This document shows, piece by piece, positions 1-8,848 of a stretch of 64,000 bases of DNA. The stretch lies in assembly GCF_053078305.1 (NCBI RefSeq), contig NZ_CP166879.1; one strand, written 5' to 3'. The position numbers were made by a program, and so were the translations under genes. The notes under the pieces were generated by a model. That model was not told the origin of the DNA. It saw only the letters and a list, made by a program, of their open reading frames with translations, and did not search any database. Every line of letters begins with the position of its first letter. Position 1 is the stretch's first letter.

Positions 1-132
1 CTGCGCTCCGACACTGCGTGGGTCGGTTGCTGCCTTTGTCCCGACAGCAGCTGTACCCACCACAGCGGCAGCCACGCACCCCTGTAACAATAAGGCTGAA
101 GTAAGGACAACAGCAGAATATAATAAACGCAT
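1..132 (-). CDS. BON-domain lipoprotein, YraP/DolP-like; only the first 44 codons are in the window (gene runs off the left edge)
   Basis: Own translation of the minus strand from ATG 132-130: MRLLYSAVVLTSALLLQGCVAAAVVGTAAVGTKAATDPRSVGAQ. Lipobox LLQGC. Nearly identical to my memory of the E. coli YraP N-terminus. GGGGAGA upstream. Absent from the ORF track because it is truncated. Confidence 0.6.
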   Translation of the reverse strand, partial: MRLLYSAVVLTSALLLQGCVAAAVVGTAAVGTKAATDPRSVGAQ

Positions 133-439
133 ATCTCCCCCGGAATTGTTTTGATTTTTACTTCATATTCCCGGAATTTATCGTACAAAAAGTTTACCTT
201 CAGTGAAACAAAACAAGCTACAGACTGTTATTATCCTCCGGCACAGCCGGAAACAGCGGATGCGTTACGTGGCATATCTGTATCTGTCAGACGGAAAGAT
301 TTATATCGGATATGGATGTACTGGAATTTAATATTGATCATGTTTTTTGCACGAAAACTTTGATACCGTCGTAAAGATTCTTTTTTTAACTATCTGGTTC
401 GCTGAACAGGATCTCCTTTTCGTTATACACAGGCTGAAA

Positions 440-467
440 GGCACCGTGGAGCCCCCGGTGCCTTTTT
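440..467. terminator. GC-rich hairpin with a T-run, possibly a bidirectional terminator downstream of the ydcH-like gene
   Basis: GGCACCG (440-446) pairs with CGGTGCC (456-462). TTTTT at 463-467 on the + strand; AAAG precedes the stem. Confidence 0.45.
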
Positions 468-509
468 CATAAAACAGAGAAAACACGTCTTTGAATATAC
501 CGTTTATGA

Positions 510-737
510 TTACCGTTCGCCCTTTTCTGACTCATCTTCAAGGATTTTCTGGATTTCTCTTTTGATCTCAAGTTTTTCAAGCTTCAGCCTGACCACTTTC
601 GTCGAATACGCTGAACCAAATTCATCTTCAATTCTTTTTATTTCGTGATCAAGTTTATTATGCTTTTCAAATAAAGAATCAAAGCGTTTATGATTTCCTT
701 TCAATGCTGAAATCAGTTCTCTGTACTCCGGGAACAT
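510..737 (-). CDS. YdcH-like small coiled-coil protein (DUF465-type)
   Basis: 75-aa ORF MFPEYRELISALKGNHKRFDSLFEKHNKLDHEIKRIE... fits the remembered YdcH/DUF465 pattern. AAGGAG lies 9 nt upstream of the ATG. Confidence 0.55.
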   Translation of the reverse strand: MFPEYRELISALKGNHKRFDSLFEKHNKLDHEIKRIEDEFGSAYSTKVVRLKLEKLEIKREIQKILEDESEKGER

Positions 738-854
738 TGTTTTTATCTCCTTTCATCAACACTGTAACAATACATATAAACATTAATATTATTAAAGATT
801 CTCACCATCAATATTCGCAGTGAATAATGCAGCATCTCATATTCACATCCTGCA

Positions 855-877
855 GAGAAAACCCCTCCGGAGAGGGG
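855..877 (-). terminator. Orphan terminator-like hairpin with no supported gene upstream
   Basis: CCCCTC (862-867) CGGA GAGGGG (872-877). On the minus strand it is followed by TTTTCTC. There is no ORF of 60 aa or more to its right before 1100. Confidence 0.3.
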
Positions 878-1846
878 TGAGTGTAGCGTAATGGAGTGTT
901 ATGTAGCATGGTGCCGGGTGCCTCCCGGTGAGTTCAGTATCAGCACCTGAACCCGCACAGATAAGGGATGTGACCAAACACCTACGATACTGATATGCCC
1001 CGCCGCTCAGGGGGATTCACCATGCAGTATTTTTTTAACAAATATCCCGTAAGACCGACAATAATCCACTGACTGAACTGTGAGGTATTTAACATTTACA
1101 GATGACTGACTGTGGTGATCAGAGGTATTACAGTCATCCCCCTGTGGCTGCAGTCCGACCATACCATAACCAGCCATACGTCTTACCCGGAAAGCAAATG
1201 GAGCTTTTTGCCATAAACAACACTCTCCGGCTTCAACAAATGGAGCAGAGAATATCTTCAGAAAGTAACAATCAGTTAAAAACAGATCTTTTTTGTATTC
1301 CGTAAATTTTTCAGAAGAGAAAAAGAATTAATTGTCGCCAACGCCTTCAACAGATCGCATCATCAACGAATGATAACAACCTGAAGGATACCGCGATGGA
1401 GTTGACTGTAGACCTGCTAAAAAACCTTAACAACATCAGACAAAATGCTACTATATATGTTCACGCATACCACTATACTGATGATGAAAAATGCGTTATG
1501 GTGCCACGGATATCTTTACCATCACTGAAATTAACTCCGTTGCAATCAGAAATAATTATTCTGACATCTTCTTAATGGAGTCAATTATATAAGGCACGAC
1601 GGGTATGTTCAGGGATATGAAGAAAAAAATGTGGCAACTTTCACAATACAGGAGGAGGGACACCATCGTTTCAAAGCAGACTTATCACAAAATGGGGAAA
1701 GTGATATAGCCAGCAATGTACTAAATCACTGGCTACATCGTATACATAAAACAGATATCATTGTTCTGTCTGTTGTTCTTACAGAATAAATCCTGTTACC
1801 TCCTGAATGTTACAAGGTTTTATATTTATCCTATGAGCATACGTAC

Positions 1847-2128
1847 GTGAAAACTAATAAAAAAGGCACAACATGGCACATTTTTTACCGTGAAAATTCA
1901 GGCGCGGAAGTTTTGCTTGAAATACCATCATTTCGGGAATGTCTTTCAGTATCTAAAGAATTAATGACCCCATCAAATTACATGATATGCATAGAAAAAA
2001 ATGGCGAAAGAATAAAACGCCGGGACAGGGAAATCATCGCTGGCTCTAACAAATGGATTAACTGCCCACCTGATAACTTCGAAATATCAGGTGAGCTAAT
2101 AACCATTAACAGAATTATTAAAAAGTAA
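1847..2128 (+). CDS. hypothetical protein (93 aa)
   Basis: ORF only, in an AT-rich region. No motif recognised. Confidence 0.3.
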   Translation: MKTNKKGTTWHIFYRENSGAEVLLEIPSFRECLSVSKELMTPSNYMICIEKNGERIKRRDREIIAGSNKWINCPPDNFEISGELITINRIIKK

Positions 2129-2250
2129 CTCCGGATTCAGACAATGCATTAAGCAAGGCACTATAACAAGCAACGGGTTCATTTTTTGCGGGAGAATGCC
2201 TGTAAGATATCTCTGTGCCAGCACTACCCCTCTATTTTTATAAAACACCT

Positions 2251-2718
2251 TTAACAAACCTCGTCATTCTGATAAACAGAAGCATTCTCCTCATGATGTA
2301 ATTCACCACAGACAGCCCCTTTCCTGTTTAATTTTGCCTGATAGTGTAAATCTGGATATAACTTCACAATATATCGAAGAAACACGGAGTAAGATATATG
2401 ACTGAATAACGCCTCATGCACATTTTTCAGCAAACAACCGGAATTAACCATGAGAGCCATCTCAGAATGTTGTTTCTGCATAAATACAGCAACAGTACTG
2501 CGATTAAAAAGAGCATTTTCATGTAACTCACTTGCATCACGTCTCAGTGAAAATACAAAACCATTCTGTGAAAACGTCAGTTCCGGGTGTTTTTCCTTCA
2601 GTAATCTGTAAATATCTGGCAGTCTCATTCCATCCTTAATCCAGAGTGCAATGGCGTCACGCTCCTGGTTGATTAAGTTTTTTATCTTATTTTTTTCTGG
2701 TATAATCTTACCTTTCAT
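2251..2718 (-). CDS. hypothetical protein, divergent from mod; possible small DNA-binding protein
   Basis: Start moved to the internal ATG at 2718 (MKGKIIPEK...), which is preceded by GAGGGAGA. The segment RDAIALWIKDGMRLPDIYRLL looks HTH-like, but this is a weak judgement. Confidence 0.45.
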   Translation of the reverse strand: MKGKIIPEKNKIKNLINQERDAIALWIKDGMRLPDIYRLLKEKHPELTFSQNGFVFSLRRDASELHENALFNRSTVAVFMQKQHSEMALMVNSGCLLKNVHEALFSHISYSVFLRYIVKLYPDLHYQAKLNRKGAVCGELHHEENASVYQNDEVC

Positions 2719-2821
2719 ATTATCTCCCTCAGGAACAACAAAGAAGTTCACATATACAGAACCAGCTTTGTCTACATACCCGGAATTCAGTAAAGAAACA
2801 TAATCTATAAGACTTACTCAC

Positions 2822-2850
2822 TTTAACAAAACAACATTCCTGGATAAAAT
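2822..2850 (+). promoter_or_regulatory. Candidate sigma70 promoter for the mod leader
   Basis: TTTAAC (2822-2827), 17-nt spacer, TAAAAT (2845-2850). This would place the GCAAC tract inside the transcript. Confidence 0.3.
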
Positions 2851-2893
2851 AATATCCGATGAAATAATCTCCGCATAAATACATGAGGCTGCC

Positions 2894-3118
2894 ATGACAC
2901 GCAACGCAACGCAACGCAACGCAACGCAACGCAACGCAACGCAACGCAACGCAACGCAACGCAACGCAACGCAACGCAACGCAACGCAACGCAACGCAAC
3001 GCAACAATATGCTCGCCTGAACTCTCTCCGTCAAGTACCTCTACCTCCGTGCTTTCTGGAGGTACTGTATGAATATACGCAACAATCATCTACCGGGAAC
3101 AGAAACTCTTTTTTCTGA
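2894..3118 (+). promoter_or_regulatory. Upstream leader ORF (74 codons) that translates the GCAAC tract and overlaps the mod start
   Basis: ATG 2894 with GAGG at 2885-2888. It reads the tract as a repeating five-residue peptide (NATQR)n, crosses the mod SD and ATG in another frame, and stops at 3116-3118. Confidence 0.4.
2901..3005 (+). repeat. Simple sequence repeat: 21 perfect tandem copies of GCAAC
   Basis: Counted directly: 8 copies on line 2881, 12 on line 2941 and 1 on line 3001. No interruptions. Confidence 0.97.
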
Positions 3119-5105
3119 AACTGAAACTGCGAACAGTAAACAACTTGCTGTTTTGAAAACTAACTTTCCACAGTGTTTCGATAAAAACGGAGCTTTCATT
3201 CAGGAAAAGCTGCTTGAGATCATCAGAGCATCAAATGTTGAAATCTCTAAAGAGTCATACTGCTTAAACTGGCTTGGCAAATCCTATGCTCGCCTGCTGG
3301 CTAACCTACCACCAACGACATTGCTGTCAGAAGATAAAGACCATAACCGACGTGAAGAGAACAAGAACAGTCAAAATCTGTTAATCAAAGGGGATAACCT
3401 TGAGGTATTAAAGCATATGGTTAATGCTTATTCTGAAAAGGTTAAAATGATTTATATCGATCCGCCATATAACACGGGTTCTGATGGGTTCGCCTATAAT
3501 GATGATCGCAAATTTACACCAGAACAGCTTTCTGATCTGGCGGGTATCGATCTTGATGAGGCTAAACGTATACTTGAATTTACCACGAATGGTTCAAGCA
3601 GCCATAGCGCATGGTTAACGTTCATTTATCCTCGTTTATATATTGCTCGTGAGCTTCTACGTGAAGATGGTGTGATATTTATTTCGATTGACGAAAATGA
3701 ATTAAATCAACTTAAAACTATTTGTGATGAAATTTTTGGCGAAGCAAATTTCATAGAAAATATTGTATGGAATAAACGTATCCCTAAAAATGATAAGGGT
3801 ATTGGTAATATCCATGAGTACATCCTTGCTTATGCGAAGAATAACGAAATAAGTAAAGAATTTTTAATGCGGAAAGATGGTATTGATGATGTATATCAGT
3901 TTATTGAAAAGTTAAAAAAGGAAAAGGTGCCATTAGATAAAGCAGAGCAGCAACTCAAAAAATTCTACAGCTCCAACGGATATGATCGTGGAATTACTCT
4001 TTACAACGGTTTGAACGAGGATTATAGGCCATGGGGTAAAATTAATATGAGTTGGCCTAATGCAGATTCATTTGGACCCACGTATGAAGTATTGCACCCT
4101 TTGACTAATAACCCTGTCAAAATCCCAGACAGAGGCTGGCGTTGGAAAGAAGGCACTTTTAATCATATTGCAAAAAGAATAGATGGAAAGTATGCAGATA
4201 TCAAAAAACTACATGATGGTAGCGTTATTTGTGGTGGAATTTGGTTTGCCCGTACAGAAAAAACCCAACCCAGTTCGGTTAAATTTTTAGATGAAGTTGA
4301 AGAGTTTTTACTAAGATCAATTATTTCAACTAAAAGTGATGGTGGTGTTGAGGTTGAAAATCTTTTTGGTGGGAAAGGATATTTCTCCTACCCGAAGCCA
4401 ACAAGTTTAATAAAAACACTATTTGGTTCAGTAAGAACCGAAGATAAAGACATTTATCTTGACTTTTTTGCTGGCTCTGGAACTACAGCTCATGGTATTC
4501 TGGAGTTAAATATTGAAGACGGCAGGAAAAGAAACTTCATCTGTGTTCAATTAGATGAAGAAACAGATAAAAAGAAACAAGCCTATAAAGAAGGGTATAA
4601 ATCCATCTTCAATATAACAAAAGACAGAATTATTAAGGCAGGAAAAAAGCTGAAAAAAGATAATCCTAATTATAATGGAGATTTGGGATTTAAAATATTT
4701 GAAACAGTTCATGATTTTCGAGCGAAAGATGAGTCTGAACTTACGCTTTCTAATCTTAGTTTCTTTGACGATGCTGTATTGACACCAGAGCAGTATGACA
4801 CTCTATTGACGACATGGTGCGTGTATGATGGCAGCTTGCTAACAACACCAATTGAAGATATTGACCTTAATGGCTACAAAGCACACTTGTGCGATGGTCG
4901 GCTATATCTAATTGCGCCTAATTTCACAAGTGAGGCTTTGAAAGCTTTACTTCAAAAGCTGGATGCAGACAAAGACTTTGCCCCTAACAAAGTTGTATTT
5001 TATGGCAGCAACTTCGAAAGTGCGAAACAGATGGAACTCAATGAAGCACTAAAAAGTTATGCTAATAAAAAATCTATTGATTTAGATTTGGTGGTAAGGA
5101 ACTAA
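3069..5105 (+). CDS. mod: Type III restriction-modification methyltransferase (Mod), beta-class N6-adenine type
   Basis: 678 aa. DPPYNTG (motif IV) comes before FFAGSGTTAHG (motif I), the order seen in type III Mod. GGAGG SD at 3058-3062. The stop lies 2 nt before the res ATG. Confidence 0.9.
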   Translation: MNIRNNHLPGTETLFSETETANSKQLAVLKTNFPQCFDKNGAFIQEKLLEIIRASNVEISKESYCLNWLGKSYARLLANLPPTTLLSEDKDHNRREENKNSQNLLIKGDNLEVLKHMVNAYSEKVKMIYIDPPYNTGSDGFAYNDDRKFTPEQLSDLAGIDLDEAKRILEFTTNGSSSHSAWLTFIYPRLYIARELLREDGVIFISIDENELNQLKTICDEIFGEANFIENIVWNKRIPKNDKGIGNIHEYILAYAKNNEISKEFLMRKDGIDDVYQFIEKLKKEKVPLDKAEQQLKKFYSSNGYDRGITLYNGLNEDYRPWGKINMSWPNADSFGPTYEVLHPLTNNPVKIPDRGWRWKEGTFNHIAKRIDGKYADIKKLHDGSVICGGIWFARTEKTQPSSVKFLDEVEEFLLRSIISTKSDGGVEVENLFGGKGYFSYPKPTSLIKTLFGSVRTEDKDIYLDFFAGSGTTAHGILELNIEDGRKRNFICVQLDEETDKKKQAYKEGYKSIFNITKDRIIKAGKKLKKDNPNYNGDLGFKIFETVHDFRAKDESELTLSNLSFFDDAVLTPEQYDTLLTTWCVYDGSLLTTPIEDIDLNGYKAHLCDGRLYLIAPNFTSEALKALLQKLDADKDFAPNKVVFYGSNFESAKQMELNEALKSYANKKSIDLDLVVRN

Positions 5106-5107
5106 TC

Positions 5108-8020
5108 ATGTCTAAAGGGTTCACATTCGAAAAAAATTTACCTCATCAAAAGGCTGGCGTTGATTCGGTAATGAATGTCTTTGTATCCGCCATACCTCAT
5201 CAGACGGATCATGTTGCAATTCGCCTGTTAGCTAATCCAGAACTGAATCTATCTGAACAACAATACTACAACAACATAAAAAATGTTCAGGAGTTCAATG
5301 GTATTGAGCACTCAAAAGATAATTACGATGCTAAAAGCAACGTAATTGATGTTTCTATGGAGACAGGTACAGGTAAAACTTATACTTACACCAAAACAAT
5401 TTTTGACCTGAACAAATCATTTGGTATTAACAAATTTATCATCATTGTTCCTACCCTATCGATCAAAGCCGGAACCGTTAACTTTTTAAAAAGCGATGCT
5501 ATAAAAGAACACTTTCGAGATGATTACGAGCGTGAACTAAAGACTTACGTTGTTGAAAGTCAGAAAAGTTCGGGTAAAAATACAAAATCGTATATGCCTC
5601 AAGCTATCCATGATTTTGTTGAAGCAAGTAATTTCAATAAGAAATATATACACATTCTTGTGATCAACTCAGGGATGATTAACTCTAAGTCTTTAACTGA
5701 CACTTATGATGTTGGCTTGCTTGATAATCAGTTTGATACCCCATTTTCTGCACTTAGTGCGATAAAACCATTCATTATCATTGATGAGCCTCATAAATTT
5801 CCTACTGGTAAAAAGACATGGGAACATATTCAAAAATTTAATGCCCAATATATCATCCGCTATGGCGCAACCTTTAGTGAAGGCTATAAGAACTTAGTTT
5901 ATCGTCTTACAGCCGTAGATGCCTTCAATGAAGATCTTGTTAAAGGTATTGATGCATACATTGAGGATATAGTTGGTGATGGTAATGCCAACCTCAAGTT
6001 GGTCAAATCTGACGGAAAAGAAGCTACATTTGAACTGAACGAAAATAATAATAAAAAAATTTTTAAGTTAGCCAAAGGTGAATCACTATCTAAGACGCAT
6101 AGTGCGATCCATGATTTAACTCTTGATGCTTTAAATAAGAATACAGCAGTGTTGAGTAATGGTATTGAGCTAAAAATTGGTAGTTCGATAAACCCCTATT
6201 CTTACGATCAGACACTTGCTGATAACATGATGCGTAAAGCTGTCAAAGAACACTTTAAGTTAGAAAAAGAGTATCTGACACAAAGGCCACGCATAAAACC
6301 TCTTACTCTTTTCTTCATTGATGACATTGAAGGCTATCGTGATGGTAATGATATTGCAGGAAGCCTGAAAACTAAGTTCGAAGAATACGTTTTGGCAGAA
6401 GCAAATGAACTGTTAAAAACAGAGAAAGATGAGTTTTACAGAAACTACCTTGAAAAAACTGTTAAGGATATATCTTCTGTTCATGGTGGTTATTTTTCAA
6501 AAGATAATAGTGATAAAGATGATAAAATTGAGCAGGAAATCAACGAAATCCTTCATGATAAAGAGCTTCTATTGTCTTTAGAAAATCCTCGCCGTTTCAT
6601 TTTCTCTAAATGGACGTTGCGTGAGGGATGGGATAACCCAAATGTCTTTCAGATTTGTAAGCTCCGTTCGAGCGGTAGCACCACATCTAAACTTCAGGAG
6701 GTAGGGCGTGGTTTACGTCTTCCAGTGAATGAATACATGTGCCGTGTGAAAAACCGCGATTTTACTCTCAACTATTATGTTGATTTTACGGAAAAAGATT
6801 TTGTTGATTCTCTTGTAAAAGAGGTTAATGATAGTTCTTTCAAAGAAACTGTTCCAGGTAAGTTTACTCAAGAACTTAAGGATAAAATCTTATCTCAGTA
6901 TCCTGAGCTTTCATCCAGAACACTCATGAATGAGATCTTTGATGCTGAAATTATTGATGATAATGAAAACTTCAAAGATTCCGATGCCTATAGCCGTTTA
7001 AAAGCAAAATATCCGGCTGCATTCCCTACCGGGGTGAAACCAACAAAAATAAAAAAAGCCACGGATGGAAAAAAGCGTACTAAAATGCGTATTGGTAAGT
7101 TCAGTGAGTTGAAAGAACTATGGGATTTGATCAATCAAAAAGTAGTAATTGAGTATAAAATAAATAGTGAAAATGAATTCTTATCCATTTTCAAATCATT
7201 CATGATTGAAGAAACAGATAGATTTACTAAATCAGGTGTTCATACTCGCATTGATAGAATTTATATTCATAATGATACGGCGATGTCGAAAAGTATCGTC
7301 AGTGACGATGATAACTTTGCTAAACTAAACACAATGAGCTATCGGGAATTTCTTGATAACTTATCACAAACTATTTTTGCTAAACACGATACCTTACATA
7401 AGGTTTTTTGTGATATAAAAGACACTATCAATATCACCGACTACCTGAACATTCAGACAATCAGAAAGATTAAATCTGGGTTTAGCAAGTATTTGTTGAA
7501 CAATTCATTTAACAAATTCAGCCTTGGATATAATGTAATTTCAGGCTCAATTCATCCTACAAAATTCACTAATGCAGACGGTAATCACCTGCATGAGGTA
7601 TTATCAGGTGATCTTGGAGTATTACAGGATAATACAAAAGCCCCCCTAGACTCTTATCTTTTTGAAGAAGTTTTTTATGATTCAGAGCTTGAAAGACTCA
7701 ATATAACAGACGGAGAGATCCACTCTGTTGCTGTTTTTACAAAGATACCGAAAAACTCAATTAAAATTCCAGTGGCAGGTGGATACACATATTCTCCTGA
7801 CTTTGCTTATGTTGTAAAAACAACAAAGGGTGACTACCTTAACTTTATTATTGAAACAAAAAATGTCGAAGGTAAAGAAAGTTTACGTAAAGAAGAACTG
7901 GATAAAATAAAGCATGCACAAAAACTTTTCGAACAGGTAAGTAAATCTGTAAAAGTAACTTTTATAACTCAATTCTCAGGTGACAGAATCCATGATCTGA
8001 TAAAAAATGTGATTCAGTAA
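5108..8020 (+). CDS. res: Type III restriction enzyme, Res subunit (SF2 helicase plus PD-(D/E)xK nuclease)
   Basis: 970 aa. Contains GTGKT, IIIDEPHKF (DEPH box) and QEVGRGLRLP (motif VI). The C-terminal SPDFAY...IIETK is nuclease-like. Confidence 0.9.
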   Translation: MSKGFTFEKNLPHQKAGVDSVMNVFVSAIPHQTDHVAIRLLANPELNLSEQQYYNNIKNVQEFNGIEHSKDNYDAKSNVIDVSMETGTGKTYTYTKTIFDLNKSFGINKFIIIVPTLSIKAGTVNFLKSDAIKEHFRDDYERELKTYVVESQKSSGKNTKSYMPQAIHDFVEASNFNKKYIHILVINSGMINSKSLTDTYDVGLLDNQFDTPFSALSAIKPFIIIDEPHKFPTGKKTWEHIQKFNAQYIIRYGATFSEGYKNLVYRLTAVDAFNEDLVKGIDAYIEDIVGDGNANLKLVKSDGKEATFELNENNNKKIFKLAKGESLSKTHSAIHDLTLDALNKNTAVLSNGIELKIGSSINPYSYDQTLADNMMRKAVKEHFKLEKEYLTQRPRIKPLTLFFIDDIEGYRDGNDIAGSLKTKFEEYVLAEANELLKTEKDEFYRNYLEKTVKDISSVHGGYFSKDNSDKDDKIEQEINEILHDKELLLSLENPRRFIFSKWTLREGWDNPNVFQICKLRSSGSTTSKLQEVGRGLRLPVNEYMCRVKNRDFTLNYYVDFTEKDFVDSLVKEVNDSSFKETVPGKFTQELKDKILSQYPELSSRTLMNEIFDAEIIDDNENFKDSDAYSRLKAKYPAAFPTGVKPTKIKKATDGKKRTKMRIGKFSELKELWDLINQKVVIEYKINSENEFLSIFKSFMIEETDRFTKSGVHTRIDRIYIHNDTAMSKSIVSDDDNFAKLNTMSYREFLDNLSQTIFAKHDTLHKVFCDIKDTINITDYLNIQTIRKIKSGFSKYLLNNSFNKFSLGYNVISGSIHPTKFTNADGNHLHEVLSGDLGVLQDNTKAPLDSYLFEEVFYDSELERLNITDGEIHSVAVFTKIPKNSIKIPVAGGYTYSPDFAYVVKTTKGDYLNFIIETKNVEGKESLRKEELDKIKHAQKLFEQVSKSVKVTFITQFSGDRIHDLIKNVIQ

Positions 8021-8103
8021 ACACATGCATGATAACAAAGTGGAGGTGGTTTCACCCCCACTTTATAATTATACACACATCACAAAATTCGCAGGTGAGT
8101 TCA

Positions 8104-8802
8104 ATGACAACATGTTCTGAACTGAAGGAAAGAGCCCGTTTTGATGGTATGCATGATGCTTCTCTTGAAGTGGCATGGCAATTACTTATGACGAAAAGTG
8201 TATCCACTATTACTACTGAGATAATATCCGGTGCAGACATGTCCAATTTTTCAGTGATTATCAGGGAACGATATAAACATGCAATAGCAAAATCTCTTCT
8301 CAATCATTTATCTCCCGATGTTGTTTCTGACATCATCGGTTTATCTCATGATGAGTTCAATCAACAATATAAAGGCAATTTAACCAGACAACAACACCTG
8401 AGAGATATTGCTGTAAGTTTAACAGATAAAGGATTCACAGAATCATCTGCATGTAATATTGTCAACCTGGACCTAATGTTACTTCCTGAAGAAAACTGGT
8501 TACTTTATAAAGAAAATTACAATACAGGATATCAGGATGCACTTTATAAATCCGTATGGAGAATGCACACATACGAATATCCAACAGCAACCATCAGTTG
8601 TTTGACAAAATTAAATAATGAAAATATATTAAATATTATTACAGGTATAGAAGTAATACTCCTCGCAGCAAAAAAACCTGCATGTAAAGACAGAACAGAT
8701 AAAATTGCTGAAATGCTGAAAATACCATTCTCTGTCGTCAAAGAATTTATTGATGAACAGGCTTTATTGAACAAATCAAACATTCAGGGAACTGGCAGTT
8801 GA
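8104..8802 (+). CDS. hypothetical protein (232 aa) immediately downstream of res
   Basis: Start set at the ATG at 8104 (MTTCSELKER...), which follows AGGTGAG. Two HTH-like segments are present, but no family was recognised. Confidence 0.45.
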   Translation: MTTCSELKERARFDGMHDASLEVAWQLLMTKSVSTITTEIISGADMSNFSVIIRERYKHAIAKSLLNHLSPDVVSDIIGLSHDEFNQQYKGNLTRQQHLRDIAVSLTDKGFTESSACNIVNLDLMLLPEENWLLYKENYNTGYQDALYKSVWRMHTYEYPTATISCLTKLNNENILNIITGIEVILLAAKKPACKDRTDKIAEMLKIPFSVVKEFIDEQALLNKSNIQGTGS

Positions 8803-8828
8803 ACAAAACGCCAGTCCGAAGACTGGCG
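8803..8828 (-). terminator. Rho-independent terminator for the 8849-9535 gene (hairpin shared with the + strand unit)
   Basis: CGCCAGTC (8809-8816) CGAA GACTGGCG (8821-8828). On the minus strand it is followed by TTTTGT. Confidence 0.6.
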
Positions 8829-8848
8829 CAGTGATAAAACATTCTGCA

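Noticed and set aside
151-363. 70-aa + strand ORF, and the 67-aa ORF at 1102-1305
   Set aside because: No SD and odd composition. They lie in what look like intergenic or promoter regions.
840-1100. Possible small RNA ending at the 855-877 hairpin
   Set aside because: Only a terminator-like hairpin supports it. I could not find a convincing promoter or a conserved structure, so it is listed as a low-confidence orphan terminator only.
2729-3089. Two minus-strand ORFs (101 and 88 aa) encoding (VALRC)n through the GCAAC tract
   Set aside because: They exist only because the pentanucleotide repeat has no stop codon in any frame. They have no SD, overlap each other and the divergent gene, and consist of pure repeat.
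2894-5105. Idea that the GCAAC tract is an in-frame N-terminal part of mod that switches it on and off by frameshifting, as in classical phasevarions
   Set aside because: The mod reading frame contains TGA at 3018-3020 between the tract and ATG 3069, so no repeat number can fuse the 2894 ATG to Mod. The tract must act in a leader or promoter context instead.
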